Source of the DNA: Macrostomum lignano
Taxonomy: Eukaryota
Length of the DNA: 64,000 nucleotides
Direction of reading: 5' to 3'
Assembly (NCBI GenBank): GCA_002269645.1
Contig: NIVC01002246.1
Location: 124,001 to 188,000, forward strand
The translations under genes and the position numbers were made by a program. Under the pieces are notes generated by a model, which saw only the letters and a program-made list of their open reading frames with translations, did no database searches and was not told the origin of the DNA. Below, piece by piece: positions 18,586 through 32,179 of the stretch. Positions within the stretch are counted from its first letter, which is position 1; the number at the start of each line of letters is the position of its first letter.

Positions 18586-20069
18586 TCCCTCACCCCAGTC
18601 AAACAAATTTCAATGGGCTTGGTATTCTTACTATTCAACAACGATTTGATGAATATGCATTCTGGTCTAGACAAATGCTGCGGACTGCTATTTACATTGT
18701 AGCTGGTTGTGTAGCCGCACAGCTGCATGTAGATCAGGCACGATTCACTTTTAGTTTTACATGAACATGCAGCCATCTGTACCGAGAATGGTTTCATAAC
18801 AATTGCTTTAATTGAGATGCTTTGAAAGCAGTCCGGCCGTATGTTGCACTGTGTACTGACTCATCACCACGAGAATGAAGGGGTTGTAGCCTTCGCGGGT
18901 TTGATTCTTGACCCCACTTTGAAACAACTTGCGTCCTTGAACAAGGCCCTTAACTCTGCATCTGATGAATGCAGAAACAAAAAACTGGGGCACTTACTTC
19001 AAACTTGATAAAATTTTAACTAATAGACTGCTAAAATGTCAATTGGTTCATGAGGACTTTCTGAGATGCCGAGAGTCAATTGGGAGTTGTTGCTAGGCCA
19101 AGTACCAATATGGAGAGCTATAGTTACGCCATGGCTTAAAGGGAGGCTTTGATGCCAAATCTCAAAGGACTTTGATTAAAAGGTCATTTTCCTTAAGAAA
19201 GTAACATTGGTGATTGTACAAAGTTGAAAGCTAAATTAGTTTATTAAAAAAATTTATCTTTGTTACCGCCCCAGCGGGGGGAGGCGAAGATTGCTAGCTA
19301 GTCCAGTATACTAAAATTCAGCCACTAAATACACATGTTGTTGGTCATAATATCTTCAAGAGAAAAATATTATTGTATTAAGGAGGAAAAGTGAAGACTG
19401 AATATCCAGCCTAAAGTTGCTGGAAATGCATACAATGTAGCTGCAAAGTGTTCTGTGGGCAAACATCATCTGGTCTCGTCATGGACATTGTCTTTCTATC
19501 AAGCCTGCTGCACTGCGAGAGGTAAAACTAATTACCATTTTGCATAGAAAATAAGTCTCATATAGACATCAAAGCCGTGGCATCAACTCCTATCACCGAG
19601 ATGATTGATTAAGTGCCATGGTGAAAACGAAACTTTAATGACAACTATCGAATCTTTAAATAACGCAGTTCTCCAATACAAATAGAGTTGAGTCTTGGAA
19701 GTTCTTCTTCTTCTTCTGCTGCTGCTGCTGCTGCTGCTGTTAAGTGGAAAAGAAAATTCTTAAGCTGCTTTGCAATGGCATATCCAAAGCGCATATCTGA
19801 GCAGTAAAGTCTTGAGCACGAGTCGAGCGCGTGGCATTTATGGGGTTGGTGTACACCACCGTTACAGACAATGCAGGGCAGAATTCGCTTTTATAAAAGC
19901 AAAATGCATTTGCTGTCTGAGCTCTGTTGTCAAGCACGCGCACTCAGTATTTTGTTCTGTTTGCTGAGTCTCTGCGCAGTCTGAGTTCGGATGCGTTGAG
20001 CACAACTTTGAATGATTTTAAACGACGATGGCTTTTAATTGCCTATAAGACTTGTTGGCGAAATCGTCC

Positions 20070-21172
20070 CAGCGGCGTACGCAGGGAGGGGCCCAAGGGG
20101 TCGCGGCCCACCACCCCAACCGCCGCCATAAAAATTTCGCTCCTTCATAAAATTTATGAACGAGGCAACCCAGCTCTACGAATGACAGGAGCTCAACTTT
20201 TGCTACTTTTTGGACGTGGCAGACAGGGACAGAGCCGCCTGCCAGGAGACAGGGGCACCCACCGAGAGACAGGGGCGCCCACTAAGAGACAGGGGGCGCC
20301 CACCAAGAGACAGGGGCGCCCACCAAGAGACAGGGGCACCCATCAAAAGACAGGGGCACCCACCAAGAGACAGGGGCGCCCACCAAGAGACAGGGGCACC
20401 CACCAAGAGACAGGGGCGCCCACCAAGAGACAGGGGCGCCCACCAAGAGACAGGGGCACCCACCAAGAGACAGGGGCGCCCACCAAGAGACAGGGGCACC
20501 CACCGAGAGACAGGGGCGCCCACTAAGAGACAGGGGGCGCCCACCAAGAGACAGGGGCGCCCACCAAGAGACAGGGGCACCCACCAAGAGACAGGGGCGC
20601 CCACCAAGAGACAGGGGCGCCCACCAAGAGACAGGGCGCCCACCAAGAGACAGGGGCGCCCACCAAGAGACAGGGGCGCCCACCAAGAGACAGGGGGCGC
20701 CTACCAAGAGACAGGGGCGCCCACCAAGAGACAGGGGCGCCCACCAAGAGACAGGGGCGCCCACCAAGAGACAGGGGCGCCCACCAAGAGACAGGGGCGC
20801 CCACCAAGAGACAGGGGCGCCCACCAAGAGACAGGGGCGCCTTCCAAGTTACAGGGGCGCCCACCAAGAGACAGGGGCGCCTTCCAAGTTACAGGGGCGC
20901 CCACCAAGTTACAGGGGCACCAACCAAGAGACAGGGGCGCCCACCAAGAGACAGGGGCGCCTACCAAGTTACAGGGGCGCCCACCAAGAGACAGGGGCGC
21001 CCACCAAGAGACAGGGGCGCCTACCAAGAGACAGGGGCGCCCACCAAGAGACAGAGGCGCCCACCAAGAGACAGGGGCGCCTACCAAGTTTCAGGGGCAC
21101 CCACAAAGAGACCAAATATTGGCGCCATTTGGGGTTGCGACCCCTCCAATAAAATTACTGCGTACGACACTG
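20070..21172. mobile_element. MITE-like non-autonomous DNA transposon (hAT-like) carrying the 20-nt minisatellite
   Basis: TIRs CAGCGGCGTACGCAGG and (reverse complement) CAGTGTCGTACGCAGT, 13/16 identical; subterminal AGGGGTCGC at both ends; flanks AATCGTCC and CATCGTCT (6/8, degenerate 8-bp TSD). Confidence 0.65.
20215..21110 (+). repeat. 20-nt minisatellite (CCACCAAGAGACAGGGGCGC)n, copy 2
   Basis: Tandem array inside the TIR element. Confidence 0.95.
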
Positions 21173-21556
21173 CATCGTCTTAGAACAATCAGTCAGTGCT
21201 GAGTCAATTCTGTACATTTTACTTTGATGTGCACGCACTCATACACAGGCTCACACAGGGTGCACAGCTTCCCATTGACTTTCTAACCATCAGGCGTGTA
21301 CTCTCTGTGCGCTGTGGGTTGGCCCTCACTCATATGGTTGTAAAATTTAAACCCATGTGAACCCTCAATTTACTATGCGAACTATCACAGAAAGTCAACC
21401 AAGTTTCTTTTCCAAGGACAACTTGAGAGTACCTCTTTAGTCGTCCTTGCCTTTCGGTTGCTTTGGTTTCGAGTAATTAATTAGTTCTTACATGTCATTT
21501 TGAAACACCAAAAAAGGCAACTTTTTATGAGGTTCTAATTTTTTAGAAGATTTTTT

Positions 21557-21744
21557 AGGTTGTGGCATGTACAAGGTTAGTGGAATGTGAAAGGTTGTGG
21601 CAGGTACAAGGTTAGTGGAATGTGAAAGGTCGTGGCAGGTACAAGGTTAGTGGAATGTGAAAGGTTGTGGCAGGTACAAGGTTAGTGGAATGTGAAAGGT
21701 TGTGGCAGGTACAAGGTTAGTGGAATGTGAAAGGTTAGTGGCAT
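21557..21744. repeat. 35-nt tandem repeat, about 5 copies (GTACAAGGTTAGTGGAATGTGAAAGGTTGTGGCAG)
   Basis: Direct tandem copies. Confidence 0.9.
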
Positions 21745-23848
21745 ATATTCCATAATGTTGGTAAAATATACCAGATTAGTGGAGTGTACTCGTATCAGGT
21801 TAGTGCATTTCCATGTAGTGTGTTCGAGAAAACGTGTAGCACTTCATGGGTTCGGCCATAGACAAATTCCAACTAAAATAATCCGATTTCTCCAGAGCAT
21901 ACTCAAGCCGCGTTCTTTACTGTCCTCCATCTCATCTTAGCTCGTAGGCTACCTTTGCTACCTATAGCTACTGCAGTTGTCACGTGTTCCAAACTTTTTC
22001 CTACACTGTAACTGGGCCTCGCTAACCATTGCTACAGATCAATGCAAAGTTAGAACCCAGCTAGGGGATTAATGCAAGCAGTCTATTGTTAGAAAAGTGC
22101 AACTTTACTAGTAACAAGCCTAGTGAAGTCGGTCATTTCCAGGAACTTAATGCCCGACAAACTAAAATTAGCCACACGTTATTCCAATATTAGCTGAACT
22201 GTGTCCGGTGTCCGACACTAAACTTGCTTCAATCCTTTACTGCTGAAGTTAAACAATTGCTTGTTTAAGTGCAGGAGTGTAAAATAGGTCAAGGATAGGC
22301 GTACAGTGGATACTGGAGCTGGTGCAGCCCTCTGCCCTGTCAGAATCGCTATCAACCCCATGCTTTGACAATTGTCTATGGCCAAAGCCGTGTAGATGGG
22401 GAGAGCATTGAAATTTCAGACTTAAGCTCAGGCAGAACCATTTTAGACCATAGACGAAAGCAGAATTTTCGGCAGTGTCTAAAAATGACAGTTCGAATAA
22501 ATAAAATTGTTTTTACGTAATGCCAAAAAGGCTTGCGGTGTAATTAACTCACATCCCATATTCCATATTGTAAAATTTTCAACATCCTGTCATAAAATTC
22601 AAGAAGAATTTAAAATAAATCAGATTGGCAGCAGCCAGTTATTTATAGGCAATAATAGACATCTTCTGCATGACAGCGGGTGTACAGGCATCAGTAGTTC
22701 ATTGTGCCTCCTCTGTTACCCGCAGTCAGTCACGCTCTGGCTGCCAGGGGAGGCATGCTAGCTACGGCACGGGGTTTTGGGTTCTAATTTACCCTCGGGC
22801 ACAATGCAAAGAAACTACTTAGCTATTACACAGAGTTGTCCATGGCAACGCTTGACAACGCAGAGAAACTGCGAAGAAAGAAAAGCGGTTGGCCTCCCAC
22901 CCCCGCCCGACCCGCCAGCTCTCTACACTTCGACGACCTTTTCAATGCTTTATCTCTAGCCCTAAGGTCATTGGCTGGGCGACCACCCCACCGCCAAGTA
23001 TTTCAAACTATGAGGGCTGCCCTCCCCCACGACCCAGCTCGCTCTCTCTCTCTGCTTTCCACGTCATGAGATTTCTGCCACGTGTTTAACTGCAACAGAA
23101 GAAAACTTATAGAAGAGCAGAACCAAGAGAAGACCCGGTTGCACTGTGCTGGACTTCACACTAGCCGAGTTCCGATGGCAACTAGCAGCTGTTTTGCAAC
23201 TGTGGACACAAATGGAAGTCGTGGTAAATAAAATCCACCCTGGCGCCATTGTCATGCTTGCAGTTCAATAGGCATCTGATAATTCCACCAAGATTGTCTT
23301 GGAAAGCTTTGAAATTTTCCATATGAGTAGGAGCCACTCTGAGTTAATTTTCCCTTTTAAATCTTTGCTCAAACAGTAATTAAAGCACAGGTGCAGTTTT
23401 GTATTTAATTTCAGCCACGGTGAGAAACCCAATCACTCTGATTGGCAGAATTATTTAGTCGTAAAGCAATTTCCCGATGGACTGGTCCGACTGGCTGGAT
23501 GAGTGGGAGAGAGAGGCTGGGGAGAGAAACTTCTGTCTCTCCTCATCTGACCTGATGCAGCTGCTGCTGTGTGCAGCATCTCTGTAATCTCTCATCCCCT
23601 ACAGCTGCAGCTCCACCCGCCTCTGAGATAATACTGTGTTCAGCGTTGCCATGGCAACTTGGACCGCTTAACTGCGGCCAGCTGGAAATTCTGTACCCCT
23701 CACTGCCGCCTCCCCCGCCCCTCAGATCCCTGCAGTCTGTTCCCCCTAATCAAAGTATCGCCTGAGCCAAAGAGCCTGTTGATATAAAAGAGGCTCCGAG
23801 AGACGCTTCCTTGAGCACCGCGACAACCCCCCCGCCCCATCCTCGCAG

Positions 23849-23953
23849 ACTCGTCCGCAGCCCCTGCTGTTCAGTTGGGCAGCAGACGGAGCAGCCGGAA
23901 GGCGAAACCTACGAAAAGTTTCTTCGATCTGCAGGCCTCCACTCTGTGGTCGG
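23849..23953 (+). CDS. Putative upstream exon of the ZMYND8-like gene (SSAAPAVQLGSRRSSRKAKPTKSFFDLQASTLWS)
   Basis: Acceptor CCTCGCAG at 23848; donor GTAAGC at 23954, phase 1, is compatible with the next two exons. An alternative donor exists at 24121. Confidence 0.4.
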
Positions 23954-24125
23954 GTAAGCGGCGGGCTTCCACGGCATTCGAGTCGGCCGCTGAGGAGGGA
24001 GACGGGACACCGCCTGATGAGAAGTCGCGCTGCTTGGATATTGGCAGAACTGACCGTGGAAATGGCAGTTCGGATACACTGACTGTGCGGCACACTAATG
24101 GGGAGGGAGGGAAAGCACAGGTATG

Positions 24126-24975
<850 letters not shown>

Positions 24976-25023
24976 GCGAGAAAGAGCGAGCGAAGCGAGC
25001 TCTTTCGAGCTTGTTTGCCGCAG

Positions 25024-25094
25024 CCAATCAAGCTGAAAGCACGCACACAAGATCACCGGAAACGATTAAGGCAGCTGGAAAGCCAATGGGCGCG
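25024..25094 (+). CDS. Putative small exon of the ZMYND8-like gene (NQAESTHTRSPETIKAAGKPMGA)
   Basis: TTTGCCGCAG acceptor, GTAAGC donor; phase 1 in, phase 0 out links to the MYND exon. Confidence 0.45.
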
Positions 25095-25171
25095 GTAAGC
25101 GCTTTTATCCAGAGGAACTACCTGCTGGAACCAGCTATGCCGAACGAAAATCAGACTACTCAAGTAGTGCA

Positions 25172-25290
<119 letters not shown>

Positions 25291-25331
25291 GTATAATTGA
25301 TGGATAAGATTGAACCCAATGCATTTCGCAG

Positions 25332-25931
25332 AAGCCGGCAGTGCAAAAAGCTATTAACATGCTCCCACCGAAAGAAGACTCTGCAGCAGCAGCAGCAGAC
25401 TCAGTCAGCCAGAAGCTCCGCGAACAGCAGCGCTGGCTCATCGAAAGCATCAAAGAGGGCGCCATTAACGCCTTCGCCAAGATAGTCGAACATCGACTGC
25501 ACCCGTCGGCGTCGGCGCCACCCGAACCGGCGGCCAACTCGGAGCCCGAGAGCGCGGCGCAGCTGGCCCAGCGCCTGGAGCTGATGACGCGGCAGCACGC
25601 AGTTGAGACAGCCGAACTGCAGATGCTGCACCAGCTGCAGCTGGCGGAGCTCCGGCACAACCACACGGTGGCGTTGTGCGAGCACCGAGCCGCCCTGGAC
25701 CTGGAGAAGCAGGCAGCCCTGGCCGAGGCGCTCCGCTTCCAGGAGTCTGAGATGGCGCGCCAGATCGAGGCTGTGAAATCGCGTCAATGGTGCGCCACCT
25801 GCGACAGGGAGGCGTTCTTCTACTGCTGCTGGAACACCTCCTACTGCGATGCCGCCTGCCAGCAGAGACACTGGCCGGCGCACATGGCGACCTGCGCTCA
25901 GCGGGGCTCTCAGGTTGCTGGGCGGCGATGA
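25332..25931 (+). CDS. ZMYND8: ZMYND8/PRKCBP1 (RACK7)-like coiled-coil + MYND zinc finger, last exon
   Basis: [37 protein letters not shown] matches ZMYND8 MYND ([37 protein letters not shown]), preceded by ELRHN...EKQ coiled coil; acceptor TTTCGCAG at 25331. Confidence 0.85.
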   Translation, partial: [199 protein letters not shown]

Positions 25932-26010
25932 GATAAGATGAGGTGCTGCTCGATTGTACATAGGGATGCTGAGTAGTTTCTGAGCGTTTTGTACAACATT
26001 TTTCTGTGTA

Positions 26011-26016
26011 AATAAA
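26011..26016 (+). terminator. Polyadenylation signal AATAAA of the ZMYND8-like gene
   Basis: 80 nt after the stop codon. Confidence 0.6.
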
Positions 26017-26030
26017 GTGCAGCTTCATTA

Positions 26031-26320
26031 GGCGCTATCAATGTGGCGCTATCAATGTGGCGCTATCAATGTGGCGCTATCGATGTGGCGCTATCGATGT
26101 GGCGCTATCAATGTGGCGCTATCAATGTGGCGCTATCAATGTGGCGCTATCAATGTGGCGCTATCAATGTGCCGCTATCAATGTGGCGCTATCAATGTGG
26201 CGCTATCGATGTGGCGCTATCAATGTGCCGCTATCAATGTGGTGCTATCAATGTGGCTCTATTTATATGGCGCTATCAATGTAGAGCTATCGATGTGGCT
26301 CTATTTATGTGGCGCTATAT
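26031..26320. repeat. 14-nt minisatellite (GGCGCTATCAATGT)n
   Basis: Tandem array. Confidence 0.95.
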
Positions 26321-26892
26321 AAAGTAATTAATCAATTTTGATAACGTCATAATGCAATTATTTTAATTGAGTAGATATTCATGAATAGAAGTACCGCATG
26401 CACTTCCTGATCTTTACATTTCATTCCTCTATATTAACGCTTAACATTTTATCGTTGCATTGCCAAACTCTAGTATAGACCAATAGACACTTGTAAATAC
26501 ATCACTGTACACAGATGAATGTACGCCCCCAGCTCATGGAAATTCCATGGGCTGTCCTGTGTGATGTATTCTATAAACATTTTGTCGTTAAAAGACTGTC
26601 CCTCTTTTGCTAATGCCCATTGACTTTAGCAATGTCCTACCTAATACCTCTATTTGCCTAACAACTTTGCTTTAGTTGAAAACAAAAACTAATCATTTTG
26701 CTTAGAAAGCTTTTCACCCAATTTACTTTCCATTGACTTGTGCTAAACCGTGGTAGAAAAAGGCCATGTTGAAACTGAATCAATACTCACCTACTTTGAT
26801 GCTTTATTATTCATTTTACTGACCAGCAAAAACTAACAAAAGTCAATTCTTCATACTACTAAATGTTCATTTATCGGCTTTGAGGATGAAAG

Positions 26893-27420
26893 AAGATCAG
26901 AGAGAGGGTTGAGAGGAGATTGGAGAGAGAGTGAGAGGAGATTGGAGAGAGGGTGAGAGGAGATCAGAGAGAGGGTGAGGGGGATCAGAGAAAGAGAGAG
27001 ATAGTGAGAGGAGATCACAGAGAGAGAGAAAGAGGAGGATGAGAGGAGATCATAGGGTGAGAAGAGATCAGAGAGAGAGGGGTTGAGAGAAGATCAGAGA
27101 GAGAGAGAGGGTAAGAGTAGAGAGAGTGAGAGAAGACCAGAGAAAGAGGGTGAGAGGAGATCATCAGAGAGAGGGTGAGCGGAGATCAGAGAGAGGGTGA
27201 GAGGAGATCAGAGAGAGGGTGAGCGGAGATCAGAGAGAGGGTGAGAGGAGATCAGAGAGAGGGTGAGAGGAGATCAGAGAGAGGGTGAGCGGAGATCAGA
27301 GAGAGGGTGAGCGGAGATCAGAGAGAGGGTGAGCGGAGATCAGAGAGAGGGTGAGCGGAGATCAGAGAGAGGGTGAGCGGAGATCAGAGAAAGACGGTGA
27401 GAGGAGATCAGAGAGATCAG
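26893..27420. repeat. Purine-rich ~22-nt minisatellite (GAGAGGAGATCAGAGAGAGGGT)n
   Basis: Tandem array, degenerate on the left and homogeneous on the right. Confidence 0.9.
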
Positions 27421-28076
27421 TGAGATTCTAGAACAGTCTAAGCATGAATCAATGCATGACACAGATTCATCGGTAAATCTAGACTGTTACCAGATATGAT
27501 CATTTTCATTTCTTGAAAAATTTTGTCATATTTCACGGAAAAATTTATGACTAACATGGGAGCCATTGGTTCACTGTGATAATCACAATTGGCACTGGTT
27601 TTCTTATCGCACAAATTTATCTGTCTGTTATCTGGCAAAGGACATTTTAGTTTCTGTGAAAGCTTGGCGCATTTGAGATCTGTGATAAGGGGCGTCAGTT
27701 GCTGTGCTGTCAGCATTCAGGAGTTGCCACTGAACTGTGAGTGGGGCTTGAAATGTCAAGGCAAAGTCAACCGATCGATAATATTCAGCCCAGAAACTGG
27801 GTTTTGCTGATGTGATCAGCGGTTTAAGGCTAAGCGCTTTTAATTGTTCAGCGTAATCATATAGGCTACAAATCTATAATAGCTATATTCCTGCGATAAT
27901 TAGAGGTCAAAAAATTATTCAAAAAGGGCAAGGTACAAGAAAGATTTTATTAGGGACGACTAAAATAAAATAATTGTAGCCTGAATTTCAAATTTTCTAC
28001 TTTAAGTAGAGTGTTGCGAGATCTCTTGAGAGTATAGGAGTGCGCATTCTTTGTTCAAGCATGTAGATTTAGCTTT

Positions 28077-29011
<935 letters not shown>

Positions 29012-29123
29012 GCCCAAAGGGAACTTAGTACAGTGCATAAATGATGTCATGCATGCTTGAAGCAGTGCTGTGTTGACTGCACTGCTCGCAAACCTCATGA
29101 TGTACGTGGGCCGACGTGCACAC

Positions 29124-29143
29124 CTTATATATTTCTATATAAG
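29124..29143. promoter_or_regulatory. Inverted TATA pair CTTATATA-TTTC-TATATAAG upstream of the Rac-like gene
   Basis: 8-bp inverted repeat containing TATATAAG, about 350 nt upstream of the ATG. Confidence 0.3.
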
Positions 29144-29490
29144 CAGCGAAATTTAGCATGTTAGATAGAGATAAGAAATCAAACATGCAGAGAGGCAGTT
29201 TTTGTTGTTTGAAAAACCCAATCTTCACACACTCCCTATGCATGCTCGGTCACTCATCCTGTTTCCGGTTTACAATTGGAGGCGAAACTGTCTGCTTTGC
29301 CAGAAAGCGCGCACAAACGAATCTCGATGAACTGAATGTGCACCCAGCGGTTAGCGCGAGTTTCACCAGCAAGAGAGAGAGAATTTGCAGTTGCGTAGTA
29401 TTAAATCATTCAACACCTTGTGTTCAAATTAGCTATCAACATAATTACCTAATACCCGTAGTAATCCTTGTCTCCGCAAATTCGTTTCCA

Positions 29491-30084
29491 ATGCAGGCGG
29501 TGAAATGTGTTGTCGTTGGCGATGGGGACGTTGGCAAGACTTGCCTGCTCATGTCCTACTCAGAGAACGCCTTCCCGGCCGAGTACACGCCCACAGTGTT
29601 TGACAACTACTCCACCAACATCGTGATTGACAGCAAGCCTGTCTGTCTCGGCCTCTGGGACACGGCCGGACAAGAGGACTATGACCGGCTCAGACCGCTG
29701 AGCTACCCCAAGACAGACATCTTCCTGATCTGCTTCTCCCTGGTGAACCCACACAGCCGGGACAATGTCCTGGCCAAGTGGTACCCAGAACTACAGCACC
29801 ACTGTGGCAATGCACCCATCATTCTGGTTGGAACCAAGAGCGACTTGAGAACTGATCCGGACAAGCTCAAGGAGCTCGAACGGTTCGGTCAGAAACCCGT
29901 GAGCACAGAGGAGGGCCGTCGATTGGCTCACGAGATCCGCGCCGAGGCCTACATGGAGTGCTCTGCCAAGCTGAACATGGGACTCAAAGAGCTCTTTGAA
30001 GAGGCCGTGATGTGCGTGCTCAAGATGAGAAAGAAGAGAAGTCAGCCGAGGCGGCGGTTCAGTGGATTCTGTTCGGTTTTGTGA
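29491..30084 (+). CDS. Rac: Rac-like Rho-family small GTPase, 197 aa, intronless
   Basis: [50 protein letters not shown], Rho insert, polybasic tail and CAAX CSVL. Confidence 0.93.
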   Translation: MQAVKCVVVGDGDVGKTCLLMSYSENAFPAEYTPTVFDNYSTNIVIDSKPVCLGLWDTAGQEDYDRLRPLSYPKTDIFLICFSLVNPHSRDNVLAKWYPELQHHCGNAPIILVGTKSDLRTDPDKLKELERFGQKPVSTEEGRRLAHEIRAEAYMECSAKLNMGLKELFEEAVMCVLKMRKKRSQPRRRFSGFCSVL

Positions 30085-30149
30085 ACTTTTGCCTCTGTGC
30101 TCAACTTGACTGACTCAAACTGGTCTGTACTGGCTGACCAGTGTGATAC

Positions 30150-30687
30150 TGTGGTGTGATTGGGATGTGTAACACCTTTGATAATTGGGGTGTGTAACAC
30201 CTGTGTGATAATTGGGATGTGTAACACCTGTGTGATAATTGGGATGTGTAACACCTGTGTGATAATTGAGATGTGTAACATCTGTGTGATAATTGGGATG
30301 TGTAACACCTGTGTGATAATTGGGATGTGTAACACCTGTGTGATAATTGGGCTGTGTAACACCTGTGTGATAATTGGGATGTGTAACACCTGTGTGATAA
30401 TTGGGATGTGTAACACACGTGTGAGAATTGGGATGTGTAACATCTGTGTGATAATTGGGATGTGTAACACCTGTGTGATAATTGGAGTGTGTAACACCTG
30501 TGTGATAATTGGAGTGTGTAACATCTGTGTGATATTTGGGATGTGTAACACCTGTGATAATTGTGGTGTGTAACACCTGTGTGATAATTGGGATGTGTAA
30601 CACCTGTGTGATAATTGGGATGTGTAACACCTGTGTGATAATTGGGATGTGTAACACCTGTGTGATAATTGGGGTGTGTAACACCTA
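30150..30687. repeat. 27-nt minisatellite (GTGTGATAATTGGGATGTGTAACACCT)n
   Basis: Tandem array starting about 65 nt after the Rac stop. Confidence 0.95.
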
Positions 30688-31047
30688 TCAGATGGGGTAG
30701 GGTTTTGACACCTGGGCACCTGTTTCTAAGGCTACTACTGGTCGCGTGGCAACCTGTACTCGAGTTTACCCTGTGTAATGAAACTTATAGTTTGCTAAAT
30801 AATTTTTTTGCACTCCGAATCGTAACGTATCAGCATTGAGCTCTTGATGCTTGCGTGCAACCTATAATATTATTTAATTTCACCTTCATATGCTTATCAA
30901 GATCCACTCAAGACAAAAGTGTAAATTACCGATAGGCTGAATTTACTACAAAGAATTTTAAGAATTATTCACCAAATCTTTTGTACATGTATTCTACTGC
31001 ATGCTAATACTGCTGGCTCAGTATTGCCTGTCTGTGTGTTGTCGCAG

Positions 31048-31625
31048 GATAGATAAGGTAGACAGGGTAGGCAGGGTAGACAAGGTAGTCACGGTAGACA
31101 GCTGGTAGACATGGTAGTTAGGGTGAACAGGGTAGTTCGGGTAGACACGGTAGTCAGGATAGTTAGGGTTGATAGGGTATTCAGGGTAGTCAGGGTAGTC
31201 AGGGTAGTCAGGGTAGTTAGGGTAATTATGATAGTCAGGGTAGACACGGTAGTCAGGTAAAAACGATAGTTAGGGTAGAAACGGTAGTCAGGGTAGACAC
31301 GGTAGTTAGGGTGGACACGGTAGTCAGGGTGGACACGGTAGTCAGGGTAGACACGGTAGTCAGGGTAGACACGGTAGTTAGGGTAGACACGGTAGTCAGG
31401 GTAGACACGGTAGTTAGGGTAGACACGGTAGTTAGGGTAGACACGGTAGTCAGGGTAGACACGGTAGTCAGGGTAGACACGGTAGTCAGGGTAGACACGG
31501 TAGTCAGGGTAGACACGGTAGTCAGGTAGACACGGTGGTCAGGGTAGACACGGTAGTCAGGGTAGACACGGTAGTCAGGGTAGACACGGTAGTTCGGGAA
31601 GTCAGGTAGTCAGGGTAGTCAGAGT
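31048..31625. repeat. 9/18-nt minisatellite (GGTAGTCAGGGTAGACAC)n
   Basis: Tandem array. Confidence 0.93.
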
Positions 31626-32179
31626 GGACCCGCGTATTGGTGCCGCAAGTGCACGACATTCACTGTAAGCAAAAGAAAAGAACTCCTTTTTAATGTGGCT
31701 ACTTATGTCAGTAGTAGCTAGCCAAATGCTACTAACAAGTAGCTATAGGAGATAACATAAAAGCCGCTCATTTAACATGTTTGTCGTCAGTTTATTTTTG
31801 TCAGCAACATGTATGATAATAATATGACACGGGGAGACAGCGGTTCTGCGACTGCTTGGGGGAGGAGCTGAGATCTCCCTGGAGTGTTTTCGTGGGTTGG
31901 GTGGAGTTCGGCCGCTTCGTAACGGAGAAAATAACAATCAATATTGTCAGTGAGTTTACTGCTTGATCGCTTGTGCTTGACTTCCCATGGCGAGTTCCGG
32001 AATAATATGGAGGGAAGGAAGGTGAAGAAGTGTCATTTGCTGTGGGAATTTTCGTGATTGAGTTCTGCTTCTGTGTTTTGTTGAGCAATTTTATTCAATG
32101 TTTTTGTTACACAGAGTAGTGGAGCTAACATAGAGTACGGATTAGAAAATGTGATCATAATGAAGGTCTATCTACAAAC

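Noticed and set aside
23954-24120. Longer version of the ZMYND8 upstream exon ending at donor 24121
   Set aside because: Gives a phase that does not lead into the MYND frame through exon 25024-25094; kept only as a possible alternative.
29158-29490. 111-aa N-terminal extension of the Rac ORF
   Set aside because: Non-ATG start in the track and no similarity to known extensions; the canonical MQAVKC start is at 29491.
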